Part shown: positions 7,697-15,783 of the stretch, piece by piece
Position numbering within the stretch: position 1 is the first letter of the stretch
Layout of the letters: each line of letters opens with the position of its first letter
Translations under genes and position numbers: made by a program
Source of the DNA: Kineococcus radiotolerans SRS30216 = ATCC BAA-149
Lineage (GTDB): Bacteria > Actinomycetota > Actinomycetes > Actinomycetales > Kineococcaceae
Direction of reading: 5' to 3'
DNA: 32,000 nt
NCBI RefSeq assembly: GCF_000017305.1
Contig: NC_009664.2
Location: 240,001-272,000 of the forward strand
The notes under the pieces: model-generated
Seen by the model: the letters and a program-made list of their open reading frames with translations, nothing else
Database searches by the model: none
Told to the model about the DNA's origin: nothing

Positions 7697-9105
7697 GCGC
7701 GGTCCCCCCCGTCCGCTCCGCCGGTCGGCATCACGACCCGGACCCGCCAGCCGCCCGCCTCCCCGGGGCCGGCCTCGACGTGACCGCCGAGGAGCGCGGC
7801 GCGTTCGCGCATGCCGACGAGACCGCGGTGGGCTCCGCGGTCGCTCCCGGTGCGGGTGCCGCCGGCGTCGACGATCTCGACCTCGACGGCGGTGTCGGTG
7901 CACCGCAGCGCGACCCCGGCGGACGGGGTTCCCGGCGCGTGCCGCAGCACGTTGGTCAGCCCCTCGGTGACGATGCGCACGACGGCCAGGCGCAGCGCGG
8001 TGTCGAACGGCAACGGGGTCTGCAGACCGCTGGTCGTCACGGGCAGCCCGGCGGCGCGGAACCGCTCGACGACCCGGTGCAGGTCCGTCTCCGTCGGCGC
8101 CGTCGGCGACGCCGGCCCGCCCTCCTCCACGACACCGCCGGCCTCGACCGGTCGCAGCGACCCCAGGACGCTGCGCATGTCCTCGAGGGCTTCCCGGCCG
8201 GTCCTCGACAGTTCGGCGAGGGCCTGGCGCGAGGCCTCCGGAGCGCGGTCGAGGGCGGAGGCCGCGCCGTCGGAGAGGGCCACCATCACCGAGACGCTGT
8301 GCGCGACGATGTCGTGCATCTCCCGCGCGATCCGGGCACGCTCGGCCGAGCGCGCCAGGGCCGCGCTGGTGTCGCGCTCGCGGGCCATCGCCGCGTACCG
8401 CAGGGCGAGGTCGTGGGCGTGCACGCGGCGGGCCCTCACCCCCGCACCGGTCACCCCGCCCAGCACCAGCAGCGCGAGCAGCAGCATCACCGTCCACGAC
8501 CGGCGCCCCGAGGAGAACCCCGGTCCGGTCAGCGGCCAGGCCGGCGGGCCGTCGCCGAGCGGGATCTCGTCGCTCCACAGCAGGACCTCGGCCAGGCCGA
8601 TGTCCTGCCACCACCACACGGCGACGGTCACGACGACCAGCACCGACGCGCCGGTGGCCCACGCGGTGCGCCCGCTGCGCCGGACGGCCACCGCGTGCAG
8701 CGCCCAGGCCAGGCACAACCCCAGCACCCCGAGGACCTGACCCAGCGCGAGCGAGAGCACCGCCAGCACCGTCAGCACCGCGGTGACGGCCAGCGGCCAC
8801 CGGTGGCGGGCCAGGAGCACGAGCGCCCCCAGCGCCGCCCCGGCCAGCCACGCCCGCACGACCCGGTCGTGGACGGGGGAACCCGGTGCGAACAGCCCGA
8901 GGGCTGTGGCCCCCCGGACCGTCTCCGCGGCGAGCACCGCGGTGACGGCCCCGAGCAGCAGGACCAGGGCGACGAGGGCCACGTGGGCGATCCACGGGTG
9001 GGCGACGAGCAGCCGGCTGGAGGTCGTCTGCCGCTGCACCTGCGACGCGGTGAGGGCCGGCGGGCCGCCGGTCCGCTCCGGGGAGCCGGCGCGCGAGGTG
9101 GTCAC
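7693..9105 (-). CDS. Membrane sensor histidine kinase (HisKA_3/NarX-DesK type)
   Basis: Multiple N-terminal hydrophobic segments, H-box REMHDIVAHSVSVM, N-box TEGLTNVLRHA and G-box IVDAGG. GTG 9105 is preceded by GGAGAG and lies downstream of the permease stop at 9125. Confidence 0.85.
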   Translation of the reverse strand: MTTSRAGSPERTGGPPALTASQVQRQTTSSRLLVAHPWIAHVALVALVLLLGAVTAVLAAETVRGATALGLFAPGSPVHDRVVRAWLAGAALGALVLLARHRWPLAVTAVLTVLAVLSLALGQVLGVLGLCLAWALHAVAVRRSGRTAWATGASVLVVVTVAVWWWQDIGLAEVLLWSDEIPLGDGPPAWPLTGPGFSSGRRSWTVMLLLALLVLGGVTGAGVRARRVHAHDLALRYAAMARERDTSAALARSAERARIAREMHDIVAHSVSVMVALSDGAASALDRAPEASRQALAELSRTGREALEDMRSVLGSLRPVEAGGVVEEGGPASPTAPTETDLHRVVERFRAAGLPVTTSGLQTPLPFDTALRLAVVRIVTEGLTNVLRHAPGTPSAGVALRCTDTAVEVEIVDAGGTRTGSDRGAHRGLVGMRERAALLGGHVEAGPGEAGGWRVRVVMPTGGADGGDRA

Positions 9106-9124
9106 CCGTCCACTCTCCCACCGC

Positions 9125-9961
9125 TCAGGTGATGTCACGGCGCACCAGCCGGTACCCGGCGAGGAGGACCAGGACGGCGCACCAGGCGCCCAGGACCAGG
9201 CCGCCACCCCACGCCCCGAGGTCGGGACCGTCGCCACCGGCCAGGGCGGCGAGCTGGGTGTCGTCGGCGAACAGCCGGGTCCCGCTGCCCGGCAGGAACG
9301 CCCGGACGGTGTCGGTGACCCGTCCGGGGTTCGCGGCCAGCACCTGCTCGACCAGCAGGAACAGGACCACCCCGGTCGTCAGCGCGGCCAGCGGCCGGCG
9401 CAGCAGCGCCCCGAGGGCGAGCCCGCACACCGCGGCACCCGTGAGGAACAGGACGTACCCGGTGGCGGCGCGCAGGTCACCGGGGTCCGCGACGTCCCAC
9501 GACACGCCCGCTCCGCGCCGGGCCCCCGCGGTCGCCAAGACCGAGGCCGCGAGGACAGCCAGCCCGGTGAGCGCCGCCACGGCGGCGGTGACGAGGACCT
9601 GCGCCGCGAGGACCGGCAGCCGCCGGGGCACCGCGGCGAACGTCGTCAGGGACGTCCCGGTGGCGAAGTCCGCGCTTCCGACGAGGACCCCGAGGACGAG
9701 GACCCCGAGCTGGGCGAGCAGGTTTCCGGAGGCGGCCAGGGAGGTCCCGGTCACCGCGTCCCCCGGCCCGGCGAACAGGCCCAGGCCGAACGCCAGCGCA
9801 CTCGCGGCGCCGGTGGTGCCGACCACGACCCAGGGGGTCGAGGTCAGGCTCGTGACCTTCGTCCACTCCGCGGCGAGCACGCGCCGCAGGGTCACCGCTG
9901 GCCGGGGCTGCGCGCGACGCCGCCCCACCCCGGCCGGCGGCGCCGCCTCAGCCGAGGTCAC
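9125..9961 (-). CDS. ABC-2 type transporter permease (paralog 2 of 2)
   Basis: AAEWTKVTSL N-terminal motif followed by six hydrophobic segments. Paralogous to the upstream permease. The GTG start at 9961 overlaps the upstream gene by 14 nt. Confidence 0.75.
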   Translation of the reverse strand: MTSAEAAPPAGVGRRRAQPRPAVTLRRVLAAEWTKVTSLTSTPWVVVGTTGAASALAFGLGLFAGPGDAVTGTSLAASGNLLAQLGVLVLGVLVGSADFATGTSLTTFAAVPRRLPVLAAQVLVTAAVAALTGLAVLAASVLATAGARRGAGVSWDVADPGDLRAATGYVLFLTGAAVCGLALGALLRRPLAALTTGVVLFLLVEQVLAANPGRVTDTVRAFLPGSGTRLFADDTQLAALAGGDGPDLGAWGGGLVLGAWCAVLVLLAGYRLVRRDIT

Positions 9962-10817
9962 GACGACGCCACCGGAACGCGGCGACGATCAGCGGGACCA
10001 CCACCCAGCCGGCCATGACCAGGGCGGAGCCGCCGAGCCCCAGGTCGGGGGCACCGTCGAGCCCGCCGCCGTCGGGGTTCGTCAGCCCCGAGCCGGCGCC
10101 GACGGGGGTGAAGGTCTCCACGGTGTTCACCGCCGCCGTGGCGGCCGGCACGTCCTCCGGGTCGTAGACGGCCATCGGGTCGCTGCCGGCCTCGGCCGCG
10201 AACGAGAGCACCACGGGAGCCACCAGCAGCAGGACGACCGCGGCGACCATCGCGGGCACCGGGCGGCGCAGCAGCGCTCCGATCGCCAGGCCGAGCAGCC
10301 CGGCACCGACGAGGTAGCACACCGAGCCGAGCAGGAGCAACGGGATCCCGGCGTCGGCCAGGTCGGGCGTCATGCCCCGCGACCCGGCCGCGGGCAGGAT
10401 GCCCAGCACCGCCGCGCCGACGGTCAGCACACCCACCCCGAGCACGACCGCAGCCGTCACGACGGCCTGCGCGAGCAGGACGGGAACCCGTCGCGGCACC
10501 GCGGCGAACGTCGAGCGGAAGGTGCCCGTGCTGAACTCACCGGTCCCGACGAGGATCCCGAGGACCAGAGGGCCCAGGAAGGCCAGCGGCAGGGCGTCGG
10601 CCAGGTTCCTGGTCGGGACGAAACCCGGGTCGCCGGACGAGGCGCTGGCGAACAGGTGGGTGAGGAGCCCCGTCACCACCACCGTGGCCACGGCGACGGC
10701 GAGCGTGGACCGCAGGCCGAGCAGCTTCGTCCACTCGGCGCGGACGACCCGCGCGAACGACGGGCCGGAGGGCGTCGTGGCGGCGCGGCGCACGGACGGG
10801 GTCACGGACGCGGTCAC
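9948..10817 (-). CDS. ABC-2 type transporter permease (paralog 1 of 2)
   Basis: RAEWTKLLGLRS motif with multiple TM segments. GTG 10817 overlaps the ATPase stop (GTGA at 10814-10817). The N-terminal 140 aa of listed ORF 9948..11237 were rejected. Confidence 0.75.
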   Translation of the reverse strand: MTASVTPSVRRAATTPSGPSFARVVRAEWTKLLGLRSTLAVAVATVVVTGLLTHLFASASSGDPGFVPTRNLADALPLAFLGPLVLGILVGTGEFSTGTFRSTFAAVPRRVPVLLAQAVVTAAVVLGVGVLTVGAAVLGILPAAGSRGMTPDLADAGIPLLLLGSVCYLVGAGLLGLAIGALLRRPVPAMVAAVVLLLVAPVVLSFAAEAGSDPMAVYDPEDVPAATAAVNTVETFTPVGAGSGLTNPDGGGLDGAPDLGLGGSALVMAGWVVVPLIVAAFRWRRRDLG

Positions 10818-11728
10818 CGGGAACCCCCCGCCCGGTACTGCACGGAACCGCCGGTGAGTTCCAGGTAGGCGTCCTCCAGGGAACCCTCCTCGGCCGCCAG
10901 TTCCAAGACGGTCACCCCGGCCCGGCCGGCCGCCGCCCCGACCTCCTCGACGGAGACCCCTCGCACGTGCAGGGCACCGTCCGGCTGCGGGGCGACGTCG
11001 GCCCCGAGCCGACCCAACGCCCGCGCGAGGACGTCGGGTCCGGTGGTGCGCACGCGGACCAGACCGGCGCTCGCGGACCGCTGCAGGATCTCCTGGACGG
11101 AGGCGTCGGCCAGCAGCCGGCCGCGGCCGATGACGACGACCCGGTCCGCGCACAGCGCCAGTTCGTGCATGAGGTGGGAGGACAGGAACACCGTGCGGCC
11201 CTCGTCGGCCAGGTCCCGCACCAGCCGGCGCACCCACAGCACCCCGTCGGGGTCGAGACCGTTGACCGGTTCGTCGAGCACCAGCGTCGCCGGGTCACCC
11301 AGGAGCGCGGCCGCGATCCCCAGCCGCTGTCCCATCCCGAGGGAGAAACCCCTGACGCGCCGACCGGCGACCGGCTCCAGCCCGGTCAACCCGATGACCT
11401 CGTCCACCCGCGACCGTGGGATCCCGTGGGTGCGGGCCAGGGCCAGCAGGTGGCGGAAGGCCGTGCGGCCCGGGTGCACCGACCGGGCGTCGAGCATCGC
11501 GCCGACGGTGCGCAGCGGCGCACGCAGATCGGCGTAGCGCTGCCCGTCGACGGTGACCGTTCCGGCGGTGGGGCGTTCCAGCCCGAGGACCATCCTCATG
11601 GTGGTGGACTTCCCGGCGCCGTTCGGGCCCAGGAAACCCGTCACCGTCCCGGGTCGCGCGGTGAACGACAACCCGTCCACGGCCGTCGTCGTCCCGTAGC
11701 GCTTCGTCAGCACCTCAGCGGTGATCAT
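10814..11728 (-). CDS. ABC transporter ATP-binding protein
   Basis: Walker A GPNGAGKST, signature-like FSLGMGQRL, Walker B LVLDEP. ATG 11728 is preceded by GAGGAGAG. Confidence 0.9.
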   Translation of the reverse strand: MITAEVLTKRYGTTTAVDGLSFTARPGTVTGFLGPNGAGKSTTMRMVLGLERPTAGTVTVDGQRYADLRAPLRTVGAMLDARSVHPGRTAFRHLLALARTHGIPRSRVDEVIGLTGLEPVAGRRVRGFSLGMGQRLGIAAALLGDPATLVLDEPVNGLDPDGVLWVRRLVRDLADEGRTVFLSSHLMHELALCADRVVVIGRGRLLADASVQEILQRSASAGLVRVRTTGPDVLARALGRLGADVAPQPDGALHVRGVSVEEVGAAAGRAGVTVLELAAEEGSLEDAYLELTGGSVQYRAGGSR

Positions 11729-11813
11729 GCACTCTCCTCGTCCCGACCGCGCCGACGCTCGTCGGCTCGTCGACGGCGACGCTACGAGCGTCCACGCGGC
11801 GCGGGGACCTGCC

Positions 11814-11861
11814 GGAGGAGGAGATCGGGGCGCCCCGGGTCCTCCTCCTCGAGGAGGAGGA
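11814..11861 (-). repeat. Three-arm GGAGGAGGA/TCCTCCTCC element: a 22-nt perfect palindrome plus a third arm enclosing a 12-nt GC palindrome (terminator and/or alternative-hairpin element)
   Basis: GGAGGAGGAG at 11814-11823. CGGGGCGCCCCG at 11826-11837. TCCTCCTCCTCGAGGAGGAGGA at 11840-11861, which is its own reverse complement. The element lies between the C-N hydrolase stop (11938) and the ABC ATPase start (11728), both on the minus strand. Confidence 0.6.
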
Positions 11862-11937
11862 CGGTCACCCCCGGAGCACCCGGGGAACGACCGGCCGGCG
11901 TTCCGCGGTCACCGCCGGACCTGCCCGCGCGGGCGGG

Positions 11938-12678
11938 TCAGCCGATGACGGCGGTGGCGATCTCGCCGGTGCCCGAGCCGCAACCCGCCAGCACGCTCCC
12001 GGCCGGGGAGTAGACGGCCGACCCGCCGGCGGTCCGTTCGTACCCGCGACCGGTGGGCCCGGCGAAGCTGGCGAAGGCGACGTGCGCTCGGCACGCGCGG
12101 GCGATGCGCTCGGCGCGCTCCCGCTGGACCGCCGAGTCCTCCGGCACGTCGGCCAGCCCCGCCGCGAACACGTCCACCCCCAGCGCGGCCGTGGCCTCGA
12201 CGTGCTCGGCGACACCGGTGTCCCGGCAGATGCCCAACCCGATGCGCCAGCCGTCCACCTGCACCACCGCCGGTCCGGGACCGGGGCTGAACCGCGCCGC
12301 CTCCTCGCTCCCCGGCCACGCCTTGCGGTAGGCGACCCGCACCCCCTCACCGCTGACGGCGACGGTGGCGATGAACTCGGCGCCGGATCCACCAGCGACC
12401 GGGGCGCCGACCAGCGCCACGGCTCCGCGCTGCGCGCACGCCTGCACCAGCGGCCGCCACAACTCGTCGTCCAGGTCCACCACGGGTGCCTGCAGCTCGT
12501 AACCGGTCAGGGACATCTCGGGGAAGACCACCACCCGCGAAGCGGCCCGGCGCACCAGGTCGGCGTGGGCGCGGGCGTTGGCGGCGGGGTCCGACGCCAC
12601 GCACGCCGGCTGGGCGACGGCGATGCTCAACGTCCCGCGCTGCACGTCCTGGCCCTCGATCCCCCCGGCTGCGGTCAC
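11938..12678 (-). CDS. Carbon-nitrogen hydrolase (nitrilase superfamily)
   Basis: Glu-Lys-Cys triad contexts VVVFPEMSLTGYE, AYRKAWPG and IGLGICRDT. GTG start at 12678; a later in-frame GTG is possible. Confidence 0.8.
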   Translation of the reverse strand: MTAAGGIEGQDVQRGTLSIAVAQPACVASDPAANARAHADLVRRAASRVVVFPEMSLTGYELQAPVVDLDDELWRPLVQACAQRGAVALVGAPVAGGSGAEFIATVAVSGEGVRVAYRKAWPGSEEAARFSPGPGPAVVQVDGWRIGLGICRDTGVAEHVEATAALGVDVFAAGLADVPEDSAVQRERAERIARACRAHVAFASFAGPTGRGYERTAGGSAVYSPAGSVLAGCGSGTGEIATAVIG

Positions 12679-12733
12679 GACGAGACCCTAGCGAGCTCCC
12701 CGTGCGCATCGGGTCGCACCGCGGTGGGGGCGG

Positions 12734-13186
12734 TCAGGCCGGGTCGTCCAGGTGCTCGGCGATGCCCTCCAGGCACCACTGCCACCCCACCCGCATGCCT
12801 TCCGCGGCCTCGGCGCCGGAGAGGCCGTCGACGGCGAGCTCGAGCCGGGTCCCGCCGTCGACCGGCACGAGCAGCACGGTGCAGCGGGACCGCTCGCTCA
12901 TGCCGTCCCCCTCGGTGAGCACGTCGAGCACGAGCCGCTGCACCGGCTCGAAGACCACGAAGGTCGCCGTCTCGCGGTAGGCATCACCGGCGGGGCGGGG
13001 TCCGAAGCGCAGCCGGTACCCCCCGCCCGCGCGGGCGTCGACCTCGCAGCCGGAAACCCTCCAGTCCGGGTCGGGGCAGACCCACCGCTGCAGCCGGTCA
13101 GCGCGGGTCCAGGCCTCCCACACCCGTTCCGGTGGCGCGGGGTAGGTGCGGTCGAGGTCGAAGGACAGGAGCGGGGCGGTGGTCAT
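12734..13186 (-). CDS. SRPBCC-superfamily protein (AHSA1/START-like)
   Basis: PPERVWEAWTRADRLQRWVCP motif and a size of about 150 aa. ATG 13186 overlaps the stop of the ArsR gene (ATGA). Confidence 0.8.
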   Translation of the reverse strand: MTTAPLLSFDLDRTYPAPPERVWEAWTRADRLQRWVCPDPDWRVSGCEVDARAGGGYRLRFGPRPAGDAYRETATFVVFEPVQRLVLDVLTEGDGMSERSRCTVLLVPVDGGTRLELAVDGLSGAEAAEGMRVGWQWCLEGIAEHLDDPA

Positions 13187-13488
13187 GACTCCTCCAAGAC
13201 GGTGCCGAGGGCGTCCAGCCGGGTCGACCAGAGCGCCTGCTGCTGCGCGGTCCACGTGGCCACCGCGACCAGCGCGTCCTCGCGCAGCCGGCACTCGCGC
13301 ACCCGGCCGCGCTTGACCGTCGTCACCAGACCCGCCTCCTCGAGCACGCGGACGTGCTTGAGGACGGCGGGCAGCGACAGCGCTGTCGGCACCGCGAGGA
13401 CCCCGACGGACGCCGGGCCGCGAGCGAGGCGCTCGACCATGGCCAGGCGGGTCGGGTCACCCAGGGCCGCGAACTGATGGTGAACCAC
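13183..13488 (-). CDS. ArsR/SmtB-family HTH transcriptional regulator
   Basis: FAALGDPTRLAMVERL...VLKHVRVLEEAGLVTTVKRGRVRECRL. Start taken at GTG 13488. TTG 13524 is an alternative. The R/G-rich 5' part of ORF 13183..13626 was rejected. Confidence 0.75.
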   Translation of the reverse strand: MVHHQFAALGDPTRLAMVERLARGPASVGVLAVPTALSLPAVLKHVRVLEEAGLVTTVKRGRVRECRLREDALVAVATWTAQQQALWSTRLDALGTVLEES

Positions 13489-13561
13489 GAAGTTAACTGT
13501 CGCGCGCCGCGGCCGGGGCGTCAACCCACCCCGCGACCCCACCGCCGTACCGGGGCCACCC

Positions 13562-14296
13562 TCACAACGCGCCCGATCCCCCCAGCGCCCCCGCCAGCAG
13601 CAGCGAGACGACGAACGCGCGCCCACCCCGCAACCGGCCGGGTCCCGGCGCCACGTACCGCCGTCCCGGCAACGGCCCCGACGACAGCAGGAACGCCGTC
13701 ACCCCGAACGGCAGGGCGAACGACCAGAACCACCCCCACCGGCTCACCCACCGCGGTTCCGGCCCGTGGATGAGCAGCAGCACCGCCCCCAGCCACTGCA
13801 GGAGCGTGAGCAACCCCACCCACCCGGGCACCTCCAGCCCGAGCACGGTGGCGGAGTACGAGGCGGAGGGGTACCCCGTCCGGTCCACCCGCACCTGCGG
13901 GTCCCAGCTCCGCACCAGCGCACCCACGTCCTGCCGCGTGACCGGCAGGGGTGATCCGTCGTCACCGGTCATCGTGGTCCCGCCGGTGCCCGACGCCAGG
14001 GGGCCGGCCACCAGCTGCACCTCGACCTGGTGCGTGCGCCACCCCGAACGCCACCGCACCTCCTGCCGAGCCGTGCCGGTCGTTCCCGGGGGCAGGTCGC
14101 CGGTGACCTGGACGCGGGAAACCCGTCCGCTCCCGACGTCGTCCTGCAGGTCGCGCAACGTCGCGCCGTGCTCACCCCGCACCAGGGCGGCCAGCACGAC
14201 CACCGCGGTGAGGACCAGCAGCACGGCCCGCACCCCGGCCCACCCGCGCCACGACGCCGGGACCGAGGAAGCGGGAACGACGGCGGTGTCCAGCAC
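13562..14296 (-). CDS. Membrane protein of unknown function (one N-terminal TM segment, an extracytoplasmic domain, C-terminal TM segments)
   Basis: High-GC3 ORF. Hydrophobic segments AVLLVLTAVVVLAALV and WVGLLTLLQWLGAVLLLI...WFWSFALPFGVTAFLL. GTG 14296. No family recognised. Confidence 0.55.
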   Translation of the reverse strand: MLDTAVVPASSVPASWRGWAGVRAVLLVLTAVVVLAALVRGEHGATLRDLQDDVGSGRVSRVQVTGDLPPGTTGTARQEVRWRSGWRTHQVEVQLVAGPLASGTGGTTMTGDDGSPLPVTRQDVGALVRSWDPQVRVDRTGYPSASYSATVLGLEVPGWVGLLTLLQWLGAVLLLIHGPEPRWVSRWGWFWSFALPFGVTAFLLSSGPLPGRRYVAPGPGRLRGGRAFVVSLLLAGALGGSGAL

Positions 14297-14305
14297 CCCT
14301 GGAAG

Positions 14306-14488
14306 CTACCGCCCCAGCCCCGCCCGCCGGGGGCGCTCGGCAGGATCACCGACGACGAACGGTTCCCGCGGGACCTCGCACGTCGCGCACGTCGCGCACG
14401 GCCCGCCGGACCCACCGCCGGCCCGGGCGCGCTCCGGTCGCGTGCCCGGGCCGGCGCCGGCGACCGCGCGGGGGCCGCGGACGGACAT
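14306..14488 (-). CDS. Possible 60-codon ORF with a C-A-T-C-A-T-C repeat, in the same frame as the downstream membrane protein and separated from it by a single TAG
   Basis: About 90% of its codons end in G/C, as in the surrounding real genes. It ends at TAG 14306-14308, and three codons later comes GTG 14296 of the next gene in the same frame. No clear SD. Status is uncertain: separate small gene, disrupted N-terminus, or chance. Confidence 0.25.
   Translation of the reverse strand: MSVRGPRAVAGAGPGTRPERARAGGGSGGPCATCATCEVPREPFVVGDPAERPRRAGLGR
14377..14401 (-). repeat. 9-nt tandem repeat CGCACGTCG, 2.7 copies
   Basis: Copies at 14377-14385 and 14386-14394, with a partial copy at 14395-14401. 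On the minus strand the repeat encodes CATCATC in the small ORF. Confidence 0.9.
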
Positions 14489-14519
14489 CGCTCAGGGACC
14501 CCGCTCAAGGGCTCCCGCT

Positions 14520-15164
14520 TCAGCGGGAGCGGCGCCTCGACCACGCCCGCGTGGCCACGCATCCCGCCCCGAGCGCCGCGACCGCCCCCAGGACCCCGGT
14601 GGTGGTGAAGGCGCCGGAGGCGAGTCCCAACCCGAGGACGAGCAGGGCGGCGGCCCCCAGCGGTACCGCGCGCCACGTCTGAGCCGCCGGCGGTTCCGGG
14701 GTGGGGCGCGCGACCTCCGGCAGCAGGGCCAGACCCGCGGCCGCCACCACCAGCAGCCACAGGCTGGGGGCGTCCGGCACGGGGGGCACGAAGGCGACCA
14801 CCGCCGCGACGGTGACGACGGCGACGGCGTTGAGGCTCCAGAAGAGCAGTTCCACGGCGTCCGGCGCGGCTTCGGCGGAGCGCAGCGGCACGTACCACCA
14901 GGCGCGGGCGCAGAACCGTTGCCCACCGAACTGCATCGCGATCCCGGCCAACGGCGCCCAGGCCGGCACCGGGGACGCGACGGGGAGGGTGTCCAGGGCG
15001 GCGGGCAGCAGGACGCTGAGCAGGCAGAGCAGGCCCGCCAGTTGCACCGTCAGACCCGCTGCGTAGAGGGCCCGTCCCGCACCCGGCTGCTGCAGCGGGT
15101 GCCGCGGTCGGCGCGTTCCGACGGTCTCGTCCACCGCTCCGCCCTCCACCGGGTTCGTGTTCAC
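14520..15164 (-). CDS. Polytopic membrane protein of unknown function
   Basis: About six hydrophobic segments, for example LTVQLAGLLCLLSVLL, LNAVAVVTVAAVVAFV and LGAAALLVLGLGLA. GTG 15164 overlaps the upstream stop (GTGA at 15161-15164). Confidence 0.6.
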   Translation of the reverse strand: MNTNPVEGGAVDETVGTRRPRHPLQQPGAGRALYAAGLTVQLAGLLCLLSVLLPAALDTLPVASPVPAWAPLAGIAMQFGGQRFCARAWWYVPLRSAEAAPDAVELLFWSLNAVAVVTVAAVVAFVPPVPDAPSLWLLVVAAAGLALLPEVARPTPEPPAAQTWRAVPLGAAALLVLGLGLASGAFTTTGVLGAVAALGAGCVATRAWSRRRSR

Positions 15165-15553
15165 AGTCCTCGGACTCCTCGAACGCTCTTGTGCAGGGCC
15201 TGGCGGGTGACCCCGAGTTCGGCGGCCAGTTCGACGAGGCTGTGGTCCAGCACCAGGTCGGCGAGCACGCGGGAACGGGCCGCGGCGACGGCGGAGCGCA
15301 ACGCGGAAGCGGCTGCGTCGACCTCGGCCAGGACGAGCACCGCCCCCAGCGGCCCTCCGCACTCACCGATCCAGTCCCGCCCGCCGGGGCGGCCCTCGAC
15401 CTGGTCCAGCAGGCCGCGCCCGCAGTCCTGGAGGACGTCGGCGACCACCTCGGGAGTGGTCCAGCGGGCCAGCCGGTCCGCGACGGCGCCCGCCGGCGAG
15501 CGGTGCGGGAGCACGAGCGACCACGTCGACGGGTCGCGGGTCGCGGGGCTCAC
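15161..15553 (-). CDS. Small protein with a C-terminal helix-turn-helix (putative transcription regulator)
   Basis: C-terminal SLVELAAELGVTRQALHKSVRG looks like an HTH. GC3 falls to about 60% upstream of GTG 15553, so the longer start at 15658 was rejected. Confidence 0.55.
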   Translation of the reverse strand: MSPATRDPSTWSLVLPHRSPAGAVADRLARWTTPEVVADVLQDCGRGLLDQVEGRPGGRDWIGECGGPLGAVLVLAEVDAAASALRSAVAAARSRVLADLVLDHSLVELAAELGVTRQALHKSVRGVRGL

Positions 15554-15783
15554 GGCTCCAGGGGAACCCGGGGCGGGCGCTCGTGTCAACCCTGGGTTGC
15601 TCGATGCGGGACAGACGGCACGGCACCGCCTCCCGGATCCACCTCGCGGTCGGACCACGCCGGCCGCCGATCGACGGCGCCCGTTCGTACCGGGGCGCGG
15701 GCGTCCCCTCCCGCCGACGGTCGTGGAACCTCCCGCCGCGGCAGGACCCCCCGCCCGGGGCTCCCCCGCCCTACGGTGGGGGG

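Noticed and set aside
7697-9121. N-terminal extensions of listed ORFs that fuse real genes to upstream shadow sequence. Cases: 7004..9121, 9948..11237, 22838..25153, 27402..29579, 28182..29498, 29650..30783, 31189..31740, 12734..13294, 14520..15362, 25906..26454.
   Set aside because: The recognisable domains start at internal GTG/ATG codons that have SD sequences or 4-nt overlaps with the preceding gene. The upstream parts overlap neighbouring genes and are low-complexity.
15583-15783. A longer N-terminus for the lipoprotein gene, starting at 15583 or 15604, suggested by about 87% GC3 in this stretch.
   Set aside because: It would place the lipobox signal peptide about 70-90 residues from the N-terminus, which is incompatible with export. 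Second codon positions are also abnormally GC-rich (Pro/Arg/Gly). GTG 15784 gives a canonical signal peptide.
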